Part shown: positions 36,240 through 44,871 of the stretch, in pieces
Layout: each line of letters opens with the position of its first letter
How positions within the stretch are numbered: position 1 is the first letter of the stretch
Notes under the pieces: model-generated
Seen by the model: only the letters and a program-made list of their open reading frames with translations
Told to the model about the DNA's origin: nothing
Database searches by the model: none
Made by a program: the position numbers and the translations under genes
Source: Clostridia bacterium
Lineage (GTDB): Bacteria; Bacillota; Clostridia; Oscillospirales; CAG-272
DNA length: 64,000 bases
Reading direction: 5' to 3'
NCBI GenBank assembly: GCA_017646005.1
Contig: JAGCNJ010000041.1
Location: 3,363 to 67,362 of the forward strand

Positions 36240-37058
36240 TTATTTTATTGAATCAAGTATAGCGTCTCTCAGCTTCATAACAAGGAGTGTTTCTGATGGA
36301 TCAAAGCTGTGCTTGCCCGTTTCAAAGAAGCATAAAATATCAGCGATAAGATTATCAAACGTGTTGGTCTGCGCATCCACGCTCACCGTTTCACCGGTAT
36401 CAAGAGCTGTGCTTACAGAAAAGCCTATGCCGGGCATATAATTAAACTCAGCCTGCTTTCCGTTTTCGAAGCTGACCAAAGCCTTGTATCCGTTTTCCGT
36501 CTTTTCTCCGTGTGCCTCTACAGGCGCGCTCTTATAAAGCTTTACAGCCATTTCGGCCTGATGTATAATGTATTCGGCGATATTCGATCCACCACCGCTT
36601 ATTACAAGCTTTTCACCCGGAGTAAAATCCGAAAGCTCATCGGCATATCTGAGTGCGGACGAAGAAAAGAAGTCAGCACCGTTTTCCCTTGCAAGCGCGA
36701 ATATCTCTTCTGCCGTTTTATAATCTGGAGCAAACGTCTTATCGATATAGGTACGCTTCTTGCTCTTGAAAACCTCTCTTGCATAACCAAGATGCTTATC
36801 GGGATCCGAGGGTGACAATACTATTATAACGTCGCTTTTATCGCAAAGCTCCTTTATGCTAAGGCATTTTTGTGCACCGAACCTTTCGCACCACTCATCG
36901 GTCGATATTCCGTCTATAGGTGAAATATCAAGCTCTGCCCACGCATAAGCGAGCGTGTATTCAAGCCCAAGCCTTTTACAAGCCTGATTTATCCATTCGG
37001 GGTAGTGGTTTGCATGCCATTCGCTAAGATAATAATCAACAAAACCTATTTTTTTCAT
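36240..37058 (-). CDS. Gfo/Idh/MocA-like protein with degenerate dinucleotide-binding N-terminus
   Basis: YIDKTFA (EKP-like motif position) and SSSALRY resemble the family. The N-terminus MKKIGFVDYYLSEWHAN lacks GxGxxG. Only 15 nt separate it from the upstream gene, so they are probably co-transcribed. Confidence 0.45.
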   Translation of the reverse strand: MKKIGFVDYYLSEWHANHYPEWINQACKRLGLEYTLAYAWAELDISPIDGISTDEWCERFGAQKCLSIKELCDKSDVIIVLSPSDPDKHLGYAREVFKSKKRTYIDKTFAPDYKTAEEIFALARENGADFFSSSALRYADELSDFTPGEKLVISGGGSNIAEYIIHQAEMAVKLYKSAPVEAHGEKTENGYKALVSFENGKQAEFNYMPGIGFSVSTALDTGETVSVDAQTNTFDNLIADILCFFETGKHSFDPSETLLVMKLRDAILDSIK

Positions 37059-37073
37059 AATTTTCCTCCGGGT

Positions 37074-40000
37074 TTATTTAAATGTTTGTCTTTTATAATA
37101 TTCGATCACCGCATCAGCTATTGCCTGGGAAGCTTTTTCTGTTCCCTGCGGGGATGATATTCTTTCATACTCCTCAACGTTTGTCATAAATCCTACTTCT
37201 ATCAGCGTTGAGGGATATCTTTCGCATCTGACCATCGCAAGCTTTTGCGTATCAGCACCTCGGTTAAGCCTTCCGAGCGCAAGCGAAAGCTTTTCTGACA
37301 TAATATTCGAAAGCGATCTTCCCGCATACTCCCAATAGAGTGCAACAAGTCCGCGTATTTTCGTTATGTCAACGCTGTAATCCATCGAATTCTGATGAAT
37401 CGATATCATCAGATCAGGGGCTAAATCTTCAACATACCCCATTCTGTCTGCAAGCGCAATGTAGCTGTCATCAGCACGCGTCAGAACCACGCTTGCTCCA
37501 AGGGCTTCAAGCTTTTCCCGTGTCAGATTTACTATGCTTAAATTTAACGCCGCCTCGTTATATATGCTCGCAGCACCCGATGCTCCGACGTCCCTGCCGC
37601 CGTGACCTGCATCAAGCACTATAACTCTGCCGTCAAGCGGGAGAGCTCCCGACGAAAGTCCGCTTGGATTTCGAAGCTTAACTACTGTTTTGCCATTCTC
37701 ATAAGCAAATTCAAATCCGAAGAAATTATCTTCGTTTTTAAGCTTGAGATGGTATCTGTAACAGTTTTTCTTGGTCGAGGTTTCCACCTTTACCGATTCA
37801 AACAATGCGTTGTCTAAAAGAGTCGGCACAGGCGCGCTTTTGGTATCCACGTTATAGAGATTTAAGATAAAATATCCATCCTCAACCCTGCCGTTAAGCG
37901 GTATATTTACGTCGCTGTCAATAATTATTTTGGTATGCGCACCGTCATTTTTGACTTCTGCACCCGATACCTTCGCTATCGGCACGTCGTTGTCAAGCTC
38001 ACGCACATCGTTTTGTGCAACATATCCGCCGACTCTGAGCAAATAATATCCGTCAGACAGACTCACGGCATTATCACGCATACCCTGCGCCTGCGAGGTA
38101 AAGTCATCGTAATAATAGCTGTCGGGCGCGATCTTCAGTCCTGTGCGCTCAGCCTTCACCTCCACGGGTATCACTGCATTCTTTCCGCCCACACGGACCT
38201 TTGCAAGCATCTCTTCTGCTCTGTAGTCGCCTTTTGTAGAAATGACCTTAAGCTCACCGAGATCAAGTATCTCTCCCTCAGCCGCCTTCGGAAGCAATAT
38301 CTTGCCCGAATACGTAGCTTCATAAAGCTTTCCCTTGTCAGATCCAGTCACTTTTTCTTCATCAACAAGCCGTACACTGTTTTTACCGAGCGTGCATACC
38401 ACCTCAGAGCCCGCGGGAGCCTTGACTTTTACGTTTATTGCTTCGCCCGCGCTTGTAAAGATATCGCCTGCAGGAGCTACGGGGACTATTTTATATTCGT
38501 CCATTACCTTATAGCTTTGCACCTGAGAACCGGATGCGGTGCTCTGACTTGTTCCGTTATATACGGTAAATATGTAATCCTTGCCGTTTTGAGTGAATAC
38601 AAGTTCGTTTTTACCCGATTCAAGCTCAAGCATATGCGAAAAATATCCGCGCTTGGTACGGCTTATTTTCTGACCGTTATAATACACGGGGTATGCAGGA
38701 TCGGATGATCCCAAAACGTAGGTTTGCTTAAGGGATGCGAGGGTCGAGCCGTTTGCGGGGCTGTTGAAAACGACCCCACTGTTATCACTTTGCGCATCCG
38801 AGTATACAATACTTTCTTCAAACGCAAGCGCAAGCTCTTCACATATTCCCTCGGTGTTTTTTGCTATCACGTCATATCCGTAAAGAAGACTTCCGCGATA
38901 GGAAAGCTCACTGCGTGCAAATTCGATCTGATTCAATATCTCATTACCTTCGCCGCTCCAGCCCTCTGCATATCTGTATGCACCGTGGCTTATAAGCAGA
39001 TCCACACCCGTGCCGTCGCACACAGCGTTCCACCAGCGTACAAGCGTGTCGTATCTTGAAGACTCTTCGGTGAATTTCCAATAAAGCTGAGGCGCTATAT
39101 AGTCGATATATCCGCCGTTTATCCACGCAAGCGCATCTCCGTAAAGCTCGCTGTAGGACTGCGTTCCCTTTGTCTTACTGCCTCCGTTTTTACCGTCGTC
39201 ATTCTGCCATATTCCAAAGGGTGATATGCCGAACAGTATTTCGCTGTCCGTTTCCTTTACAGCATCGTAAGATGCTTTAACAAGCTTGTTTATATTATCC
39301 CTTCGCCAATCGTTCAGAGCTTTTCCGTCCGAATACTTTTTATACGCATCCGAATCGTCAAAAACATCCTTTTTATCGCCCGTGTATGATACATAAGGGT
39401 AAAAATAATCGTCAAACACTATTCCGTCAACGTCATAATTTTCCGCGATCTCTCTGACTCCGCTTACTACAAGCTCTCTTACTTCGGGAATACCTGCGTT
39501 AAAATACAGCTTTCCGTCACCGTAAGCGACCGTATATTCGGGGTGTAAGCGTGCGGGATGATCCTTATAAAGCTTTGAAACATCATGTTCTGGCGAAGCC
39601 TTGCTTCCGTAAGTGACTCTGAGCGGATTTATCCATGCGTGTACCTTTATTCCCGCCAAATGGCCTTGTTTTACAAGGTATTCAAGAGGATCAAAGCCGC
39701 CCTTAAGAGCCTTGCCCTGCTCACCCGTGAGATATTCTGAGATCGGATATATCTCTGAATTGTAAAAAGCGTCTGCGTGCGCTCTTACCTGAAAGTAAAC
39801 AGCGTTAAGCTTGTTATTAACACAGTTTTCTATTATTGCATCAAGCTCATTTTTGAGCTGCGCCTCACTAAGCCCCTTTTTCGAGGGAAAGTTAATATTG
39901 TTCACCGTTGCGATCCACACGCCTCTCACCTCGGCATCGGGATCAAGTATCGCCCTTGTGCCAAGTGTATCGGCACCCTTTTCAAGCAATGTTACAATAG

Positions 40001-40160
40001 GGTTTGATCCGCTTGAATCAGGCAAAACAAGAGACGTTTCCCCGACAAGTGCAAGCATGGACACGACTACAGCCGCTGCACTTAAAAGTGCAACGACAGC
40101 AAAAAGTATGCCTGTTCCCTTCCTATTTATATCAAGATTAAAGCCAATCGCCATGTCCAT
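37074..40160 (-). CDS. membrane-anchored fusion: GHL10 (YngK-like glycosyl-hydrolase-like) domain plus C-terminal N-acetylmuramoyl-L-alanine amidase (Amidase_3)
   Basis: N-terminal TM segment GILFAVVALLSAAAVVVSMLALV. GHL10-like RGVWIATVNNINFPS...NAVYFQVRAHADAFYNS...GIKVHAWINPLRV. C-terminal VIVLDAGHGGRDVGASG...MISIHQNS...IEVGFMTNVEEYERI. Confidence 0.75.
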   Translation of the reverse strand: MDMAIGFNLDINRKGTGILFAVVALLSAAAVVVSMLALVGETSLVLPDSSGSNPIVTLLEKGADTLGTRAILDPDAEVRGVWIATVNNINFPSKKGLSEAQLKNELDAIIENCVNNKLNAVYFQVRAHADAFYNSEIYPISEYLTGEQGKALKGGFDPLEYLVKQGHLAGIKVHAWINPLRVTYGSKASPEHDVSKLYKDHPARLHPEYTVAYGDGKLYFNAGIPEVRELVVSGVREIAENYDVDGIVFDDYFYPYVSYTGDKKDVFDDSDAYKKYSDGKALNDWRRDNINKLVKASYDAVKETDSEILFGISPFGIWQNDDGKNGGSKTKGTQSYSELYGDALAWINGGYIDYIAPQLYWKFTEESSRYDTLVRWWNAVCDGTGVDLLISHGAYRYAEGWSGEGNEILNQIEFARSELSYRGSLLYGYDVIAKNTEGICEELALAFEESIVYSDAQSDNSGVVFNSPANGSTLASLKQTYVLGSSDPAYPVYYNGQKISRTKRGYFSHMLELESGKNELVFTQNGKDYIFTVYNGTSQSTASGSQVQSYKVMDEYKIVPVAPAGDIFTSAGEAINVKVKAPAGSEVVCTLGKNSVRLVDEEKVTGSDKGKLYEATYSGKILLPKAAEGEILDLGELKVISTKGDYRAEEMLAKVRVGGKNAVIPVEVKAERTGLKIAPDSYYYDDFTSQAQGMRDNAVSLSDGYYLLRVGGYVAQNDVRELDNDVPIAKVSGAEVKNDGAHTKIIIDSDVNIPLNGRVEDGYFILNLYNVDTKSAPVPTLLDNALFESVKVETSTKKNCYRYHLKLKNEDNFFGFEFAYENGKTVVKLRNPSGLSSGALPLDGRVIVLDAGHGGRDVGASGAASIYNEAALNLSIVNLTREKLEALGASVVLTRADDSYIALADRMGYVEDLAPDLMISIHQNSMDYSVDITKIRGLVALYWEYAGRSLSNIMSEKLSLALGRLNRGADTQKLAMVRCERYPSTLIEVGFMTNVEEYERISSPQGTEKASQAIADAVIEYYKRQTFK

Positions 40161-40191
40161 TGTTTTACCACCTTTATATCTTTATATTAAG

Positions 40192-40220
40192 AGTATACCA
40201 AAACAGATCATATTTTGCAA
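40192..40220 (-). promoter_or_regulatory. sigma-A-type promoter of the GHL10-amidase gene
   Basis: The minus strand reads TTGCAA, 17-nt spacer, TGgTATACT. Confidence 0.55.
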
Positions 40221-40271
40221 GTACAATTTCTTACAAAAAAGTAAATATTTCCCTATTGTCTACCAAACAAC

Positions 40272-40305
40272 GAGAAAAAGCATACCGCTCACAACGGTAT
40301 GCTTT
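40272..40305 (-). terminator. terminator after the small-ORF pair
   Basis: The minus strand reads AAAGCATACCG-TTGTGAG-CGGTATGCTTT followed by TTCTCG. Confidence 0.65.
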
Positions 40306-40323
40306 ATACTCTATTCAGTAAAA

Positions 40324-40482
40324 TTAAATGTTTGGCCCCATTTCATCCTCCCACAGCACGGGCGGATTTCCTCCGTCCACACCGGGGCGATAGTGTTCCT
40401 CATCCGACGCAGAAGCAGTGATTATATCAACAGCCTCAAAGCCGAACAACTCCACGGAAGGAAGTAAATATTCCTTTTTCAT
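40324..40482 (-). CDS. small acidic ORF (52 aa), not in ORF track
   Basis: Manual translation: MKKEYLLPSVELFGFEAVDIITASASDEEHYRPGVDGGNPPVLWEDEMGPNI. GGAG lies upstream. It is a paralog of the adjacent 41-aa ORF and is followed by a terminator. Confidence 0.5.
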   Translation of the reverse strand: MKKEYLLPSVELFGFEAVDIITASASDEEHYRPGVDGGNPPVLWEDEMGPNI

Positions 40483-40507
40483 TCACCAAACTCCAAACTA
40501 CAAAAGA

Positions 40508-40633
40508 TTACTTTTCGATCTTGCCTGTATCAATTCCGGGAAGATAAGAATCCTCATCGGACGAATAGGTGATAACGTCAACAACATCAAAAAGCATTAC
40601 CTCGACAGTGGGATCTTCATAAAACATCTTCAT
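40508..40633 (-). CDS. small acidic ORF (41 aa), not in ORF track
   Basis: Manual translation: MKMFYEDPTVEVMLFDVVDVITYSSDEDSYLPGIDTGKIEK. Strong RBS AAAGGAG 9 nt upstream. A near-consensus promoter lies ~55 nt upstream. Confidence 0.55.
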   Translation of the reverse strand: MKMFYEDPTVEVMLFDVVDVITYSSDEDSYLPGIDTGKIEK

Positions 40634-40693
40634 TACAAGTATCTCCTTTCGCAGTAATCAAACTAATTCACCGAATTTGCTTTTACACGGATT

Positions 40694-40722
40694 ATGATAT
40701 CATATTTTTTCTCGCTTGTCAA
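40694..40722 (-). promoter_or_regulatory. near-consensus promoter of the two small acidic ORFs
   Basis: The minus strand reads TTGACA (40722-40717), 17-nt spacer, TGaTATCAT (-10 at 40699-40694). Confidence 0.6.
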
Positions 40723-40822
40723 GATGTTTTTTCAATATTTTTTATTTTTTTCTTAAAAAGCATTTTTTGTGCAAAAAAACACACAAAACAGTTCGTAGAA
40801 AACAGGTGTGTCCCCATACTTT

Positions 40823-41623
40823 TCACTTACTTCGTGATCTTTTCACTACAGACGGAGGCTTACCGAAGGTCTTTTTATATTGCTTGAAAAATCCCGAATA
40901 ATCACAGAAACCGCATTCAAGAGCCGCCTCGGTAGGAGATTTGCCGTCAAGAATTTTTTCATTTGCAAGCGCAAGCCTTTTCTTTAGCACGTACTTATAA
41001 AGAGATATATTCATTTCACGTCTGAAAGCGTGAGAAATTCCCGACTCCGAAATATTAAGATCAGCCGACATCAGCTCAAGTGTTATCCGCTCGTGTATGT
41101 TCGCTTCTATCCATTCAATGCATCTCTGTACCGTATCCGACCTGCCTGAAAAATCCCCATCTAGCCTCTTAGCACGCCTTATTTCATATACAAGAAGCGC
41201 GCCTGCGGCAAAAGCAAGCGTTTCTGCCGTTTTATCATTTTCAAACTCACGGGCTGTATTTATAAGTCTTTCAAGAATAGGGCTTATCTGCTCGTTTATC
41301 TCGCATATGAAAGTTTTTTCAAAGCTGCCTGCGAAAAGCTTATCAAGCTCGGATTCACTATCAAAATGTATCACCAGCCTGTGATATTTTTCAACATCCC
41401 TCGTGACATTAAGCTGATGATAACACTGCTTAGGTATGACCAAGAGCGTTTTCGGTTTAAGTTTGAGATGAAGATTATCAGAAACAAAATCAGCCTCTTC
41501 TCCTATGAAATATATTATCTCATTGTACGGATGAAACTCCCGTCCCACAACGTCGCTTGCGCCCTTTGCATATTTGACGGATATCCGGTCGCTTTTTATA
41601 ATTTTCTTAAAGCCGTTGCTCAT
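40823..41623 (-). CDS. AraC-family transcriptional regulator (cupin-like N-domain plus C-terminal HTH)
   Basis: SESGISHAFRREMNISLYKYVLKKRLALANEKILDGKSPTEAALECGFCDYSGFFKQYKKTFGKPPS. I moved the start to ATG 41623 because the track TTG start at 41683 is the first base of a TTGACA -35 box. Confidence 0.85.
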   Translation of the reverse strand: MSNGFKKIIKSDRISVKYAKGASDVVGREFHPYNEIIYFIGEEADFVSDNLHLKLKPKTLLVIPKQCYHQLNVTRDVEKYHRLVIHFDSESELDKLFAGSFEKTFICEINEQISPILERLINTAREFENDKTAETLAFAAGALLVYEIRRAKRLDGDFSGRSDTVQRCIEWIEANIHERITLELMSADLNISESGISHAFRREMNISLYKYVLKKRLALANEKILDGKSPTEAALECGFCDYSGFFKQYKKTFGKPPSVVKRSRSK

Positions 41624-41654
41624 TATTTCCCTGCCGCCTACAAAAGTTTTTTTA

Positions 41655-41683
41655 ATTATACACGCCTTTTGCAGTAATGTCAA
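41655..41683 (-). promoter_or_regulatory. consensus promoter of the AraC-family gene
   Basis: The minus strand reads TTGACA (41683-41678), 17-nt spacer, TATAAT (41660-41655). Confidence 0.65.
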
Positions 41684-41783
41684 TGTTTTTTATATAGGTA
41701 GTCCATTTTCTATTCAAAATCTGTCAAAATAAACTTTGTTCATTTCCTACAATGTGACCGTGTATTTTCGGCATTTTTAACAA

Positions 41784-41812
41784 TTGTCAGGATTAGACTT
41801 TTATGCTATAAT
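41784..41812 (+). promoter_or_regulatory. sigma-A-type promoter of 41875-44511
   Basis: TTGTCA (41784-41789), 17-nt spacer, TGcTATAAT (-10 at 41807-41812). A 9-bp stem-loop at 41821-41843 follows at the predicted 5' end of the transcript. Confidence 0.6.
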
Positions 41813-41874
41813 TTATGCATACGCGGCTGTTACACAGCCGCGTACAGTATCCTTAAAAACCGGAGGAAAATTAA

Positions 41875-44511
41875 ATGAAAAGATTTTTTGCCATGCTGCT
41901 TGCCATTATCATGATCGCAACAGCCACACCGATGATGTCTCATGCGGATGAGGCTCCCGAAAAAACGCTCTTTTCGGCGTATGACATCTACTACGATGCA
42001 CAGATCGCGAACTTCACCACCGTTCAGCCCGTGCTTGAAATTTCGGACGGCGTACCCTACGCTTCCATGAAGGCTGAGCCCGGCACCTACGGCAACGGCG
42101 CACTTATGATGACGATAAAATCAAGCGCGCTCAAATTCAACGTGACCGAATATCCGTTCATTGCCGTCGGATACAAAACAGATGCGGTAACTCCCGGTGT
42201 CGATATCACTATGATGTATGACAACAATGAAACCTGGAGAAAAGAGGGCGGTTCAAGATACAAGATAACAAGCAACGGAAAGCTTGAAAAGCTTATATGC
42301 AATGCGCTCGATCTCAACGCCAAGGTGGAAATCAAGCCCGATTATCAGGGCATTGATATCAGACTGAAATTCTGGGGCGGTCATACGCAGGTGCTTTCAA
42401 CCAACCAGTATTTCGACGTTGCTTACATAGCCTTTTTCAAAACGCTTGATGAGGCAAATGCTTTCGTGTACAATCCCATAACCGAAGAAGAATACTTTGC
42501 AGAAAGTGACCTCAAAATAGTAAATAAGACCGTCACTGACGTTGATGAAAATACACTTCTCTCTTATCTTGCTCAGGCAGAAGCGCTTAAGTACGATATC
42601 ATCAACACCCCCAACACAGAATTCCCTCAGGCTAAAAAGACATATTACGTTTCGCCCGACGGCGATGATAACAACGACGGTCTTTCACCCGAAACAGCCT
42701 GGAAATCGCTTGAAAAGGTCGGAAGCGCAACCTACGGAAAGGATGACGTTGTACGCTTTAAGCGCGGCGGGATCTGGCGCGGTACTCTTAATCTTAAAAA
42801 CGGTGTGATCTACTCGGCTTACGGCGAGGGTCCCAAGCCCGAAATTTGGGGCTCTATCCCCGGCGAGGGCGCAGAAAATTGGGAGCTCACAGATGCTCCC
42901 AACGTATGGGCGTTCACAACGCCCCTTGAAAACGACAAGCACCCCGGAAACATCGTATTTAACGAGGGCGAAGCCTGGGGCATCCACGTTTACACCGACG
43001 GCAAGGGCAACAGACACGATCAGGGTACTGTTTTCAACGGAATCGAAACGGTTGAATGTCCCCCTACCCCTTACACAGGCTACAAGGATATCTTCCACAA
43101 CAATCTTGAATTCTGGTACGACGAAGAAGCAAAGACCGTGTATATGTACTGCGAATACGGCAACCCCGGAGAGTATTTTGATGACATCGAATTATCCCTT
43201 CGCCCCGATATGGTCAGCGGAGGAGGAAAATATATCATTTTCGATAACATCTGCCTTAAATATGGCGGCGGTCACGGAGTATCCGTTATGAACAGCGAAA
43301 GCGTCACGGTGCAGAATTGCGTGTTCGGCTGGCTCGGCGGAGGCGGACTCGGTAACGCCGTTCAGAACTGGGACAACTGCAAGGACTTCACGATCAATCA
43401 CAACTACGCTTATCAAATATACGACTGTGCGTGGACCACGCAGTCAAGCGTTACCTATGCCGACAGAACGATGGTGGACGTTGTTATGACAAACAACATC
43501 TCAGAGCGCTGCAACACGGGTGTTGAGATATGGCTGAGCGGTGACAACACCGACAAAAAGGGACTCCTTAAAAACTTTACCGTAGAAAACAACTTCACTC
43601 TCTACGGCGGGTGCGGCTGGAGCCATCAGCGCCGCCGCGATATCAAGGACGGCAACTTCGTTTTCGGAGGCACGGGAATTGACAGAGTCGTTTCGCGTGA
43701 AAATATGCATTTTGAAAACAACGTAAACATCCACGCAACACATATCGGACTTTATGCACGCTTCATAGGTCCTGCCGGCTTTATGTTCGACAACAACGTG
43801 TATATGATGCAGAGAGGCAAGTCGATGGCTTCTGCCGCATCAAATCTCAAGGACGGAAGCGGCTCGCTTATCAGATATCCCTACGATGAAAAGGGGATTT
43901 CCACGCTTGCCACGCTCGGCAACGACGTAAACTCCACCTTCTACTATCTCGCCGATGACTTTGAGCCGCACACAGACTCAAAGCTTCAGGACTTCACAGA
44001 CGTATACGGGCATTGGGGACTTGAAAATATCAGCTTTGCAGTAATGAAGGGACTCTTCTCGGGCACTACCGATACGACCTTCTCACCCAACGCGCCTATG
44101 ACGCGTGCAATGCTCGTAACCGTGCTTTCTCGCCTTGCAGGTGACGTTGATACCAATGCTGTATCGGGCTTCTCCGACGTAAAGGCTGACGCATGGTACA
44201 CATCTGCGGTAGCATGGGCAGAGGCTAAAGGCATCGTTGACAAGGGCGCTTCCTTCAGACCCGATGCCAACGCTACCCGTGAGGAAATGGCTGATATGCT
44301 CTACCGTTTCGCAAAAGCTTACGGTAAGGACACAAGCAAAAAAGCTGAACTTAAATTCACGGACGCTTCAAGCATCAAATGCAAGGACGCCGTCGCTTAT
44401 TGCGTAGGTGCCGGCATCATCGCAGGCTATAGCGACAACACCGTCAAGCCCGCAGGCGAGGCTACACGCACCGAGGTAGCTACGATGCTTAAGAGATTCA
44501 TCTTCGCTTGA
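41875..44511 (+). CDS. secreted beta-helix paralog with N-module and C-terminal SLH triad (no C modules)
   Basis: RBS GGAGG. Signal peptide MKRFFAMLLAIIMIATATPMMSHA. N-module ending YFDVAYIAFFKTLDEANAF. Cap motif TYYVSPDGDDNNDGLSPETAWKS. SLH triad at ~43984-44508 ends the protein. Confidence 0.88.
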   Translation: MKRFFAMLLAIIMIATATPMMSHADEAPEKTLFSAYDIYYDAQIANFTTVQPVLEISDGVPYASMKAEPGTYGNGALMMTIKSSALKFNVTEYPFIAVGYKTDAVTPGVDITMMYDNNETWRKEGGSRYKITSNGKLEKLICNALDLNAKVEIKPDYQGIDIRLKFWGGHTQVLSTNQYFDVAYIAFFKTLDEANAFVYNPITEEEYFAESDLKIVNKTVTDVDENTLLSYLAQAEALKYDIINTPNTEFPQAKKTYYVSPDGDDNNDGLSPETAWKSLEKVGSATYGKDDVVRFKRGGIWRGTLNLKNGVIYSAYGEGPKPEIWGSIPGEGAENWELTDAPNVWAFTTPLENDKHPGNIVFNEGEAWGIHVYTDGKGNRHDQGTVFNGIETVECPPTPYTGYKDIFHNNLEFWYDEEAKTVYMYCEYGNPGEYFDDIELSLRPDMVSGGGKYIIFDNICLKYGGGHGVSVMNSESVTVQNCVFGWLGGGGLGNAVQNWDNCKDFTINHNYAYQIYDCAWTTQSSVTYADRTMVDVVMTNNISERCNTGVEIWLSGDNTDKKGLLKNFTVENNFTLYGGCGWSHQRRRDIKDGNFVFGGTGIDRVVSRENMHFENNVNIHATHIGLYARFIGPAGFMFDNNVYMMQRGKSMASAASNLKDGSGSLIRYPYDEKGISTLATLGNDVNSTFYYLADDFEPHTDSKLQDFTDVYGHWGLENISFAVMKGLFSGTTDTTFSPNAPMTRAMLVTVLSRLAGDVDTNAVSGFSDVKADAWYTSAVAWAEAKGIVDKGASFRPDANATREEMADMLYRFAKAYGKDTSKKAELKFTDASSIKCKDAVAYCVGAGIIAGYSDNTVKPAGEATRTEVATMLKRFIFA

Positions 44512-44575
44512 GATTTGTGCTTTACGGTTTAAAGCGGGCTTCTTCAAAAAAATGCTATAATTATTAACAACTTAA

Positions 44576-44623
44576 CAGATGCTGCCAATGCGTTAAGCAG
44601 GCAGCGTCTGTTTTGTTTATTTT
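44576..44623 (+). terminator. rho-independent terminator after 41875-44511
   Basis: CAGATGCTGCC / GGCAGCGTCTG stem followed by TTTTGTTTATTTT. Confidence 0.7.
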
Positions 44624-44660
44624 GACTACTATTTCAATTATAATATGTGCAAAATACGAA

Positions 44661-44689
44661 TTGACCGTAAAGAACGCATATGATATAAT
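44661..44689 (+). promoter_or_regulatory. distal promoter upstream of 44872-49752
   Basis: TTGACC (44661-44666), 17-nt spacer, TGaTATAAT (-10 at 44684-44689). Confidence 0.55.
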
Positions 44690-44799
44690 ATTGTAGCTAT
44701 TATGGTAATTTATGCTTTATCGTGCCCGTCCGTTCCGATCCGGTCAGTTCGGGTGCTTCAATAGTGTACTATTTGCAATAATAAAGTCACTTTTTCGCA

Positions 44800-44829
44800 T
44801 TGTTTGTCCACACGGCAGTATGATATAAT
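44800..44829 (+). promoter_or_regulatory. proximal promoter upstream of 44872-49752
   Basis: TTGTTT (44800-44805), 18-nt spacer, TGaTATAAT (-10 at 44824-44829). It has the same extended -10 as the distal promoter. Confidence 0.5.
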
Positions 44830-44871
44830 GCAGTTACCATAGTTCAAGTAAAACGTGAAAGGAAACCACCA

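Noticed and set aside
40418-40657. The plus-strand 79-aa ORF in the AraC/amidase intergenic region.
   Set aside because: It has no RBS or promoter and an odd composition. The opposite strand carries two paralogous micro-ORFs with a strong RBS, a consensus promoter and a terminator, which explains the region better.
41684-41790. TGTCAA-like repeats (near 41685, 41722 and 41785) in the AraC/41875 divergent region as possible AraC binding sites.
   Set aside because: They are only 6-mers, they partly coincide with -35 boxes (TTGACA/TTGTCA) on either strand, and their spacing is irregular. The evidence is insufficient.
44690-44800. A possible riboswitch or structured leader between the two TGATATAAT promoters upstream of 44872.
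   Set aside because: I could draw only weak stems containing G-U pairs (GTGCCCG/CGGGTGC). I recognised no known riboswitch core motif and no terminator/antiterminator pair.
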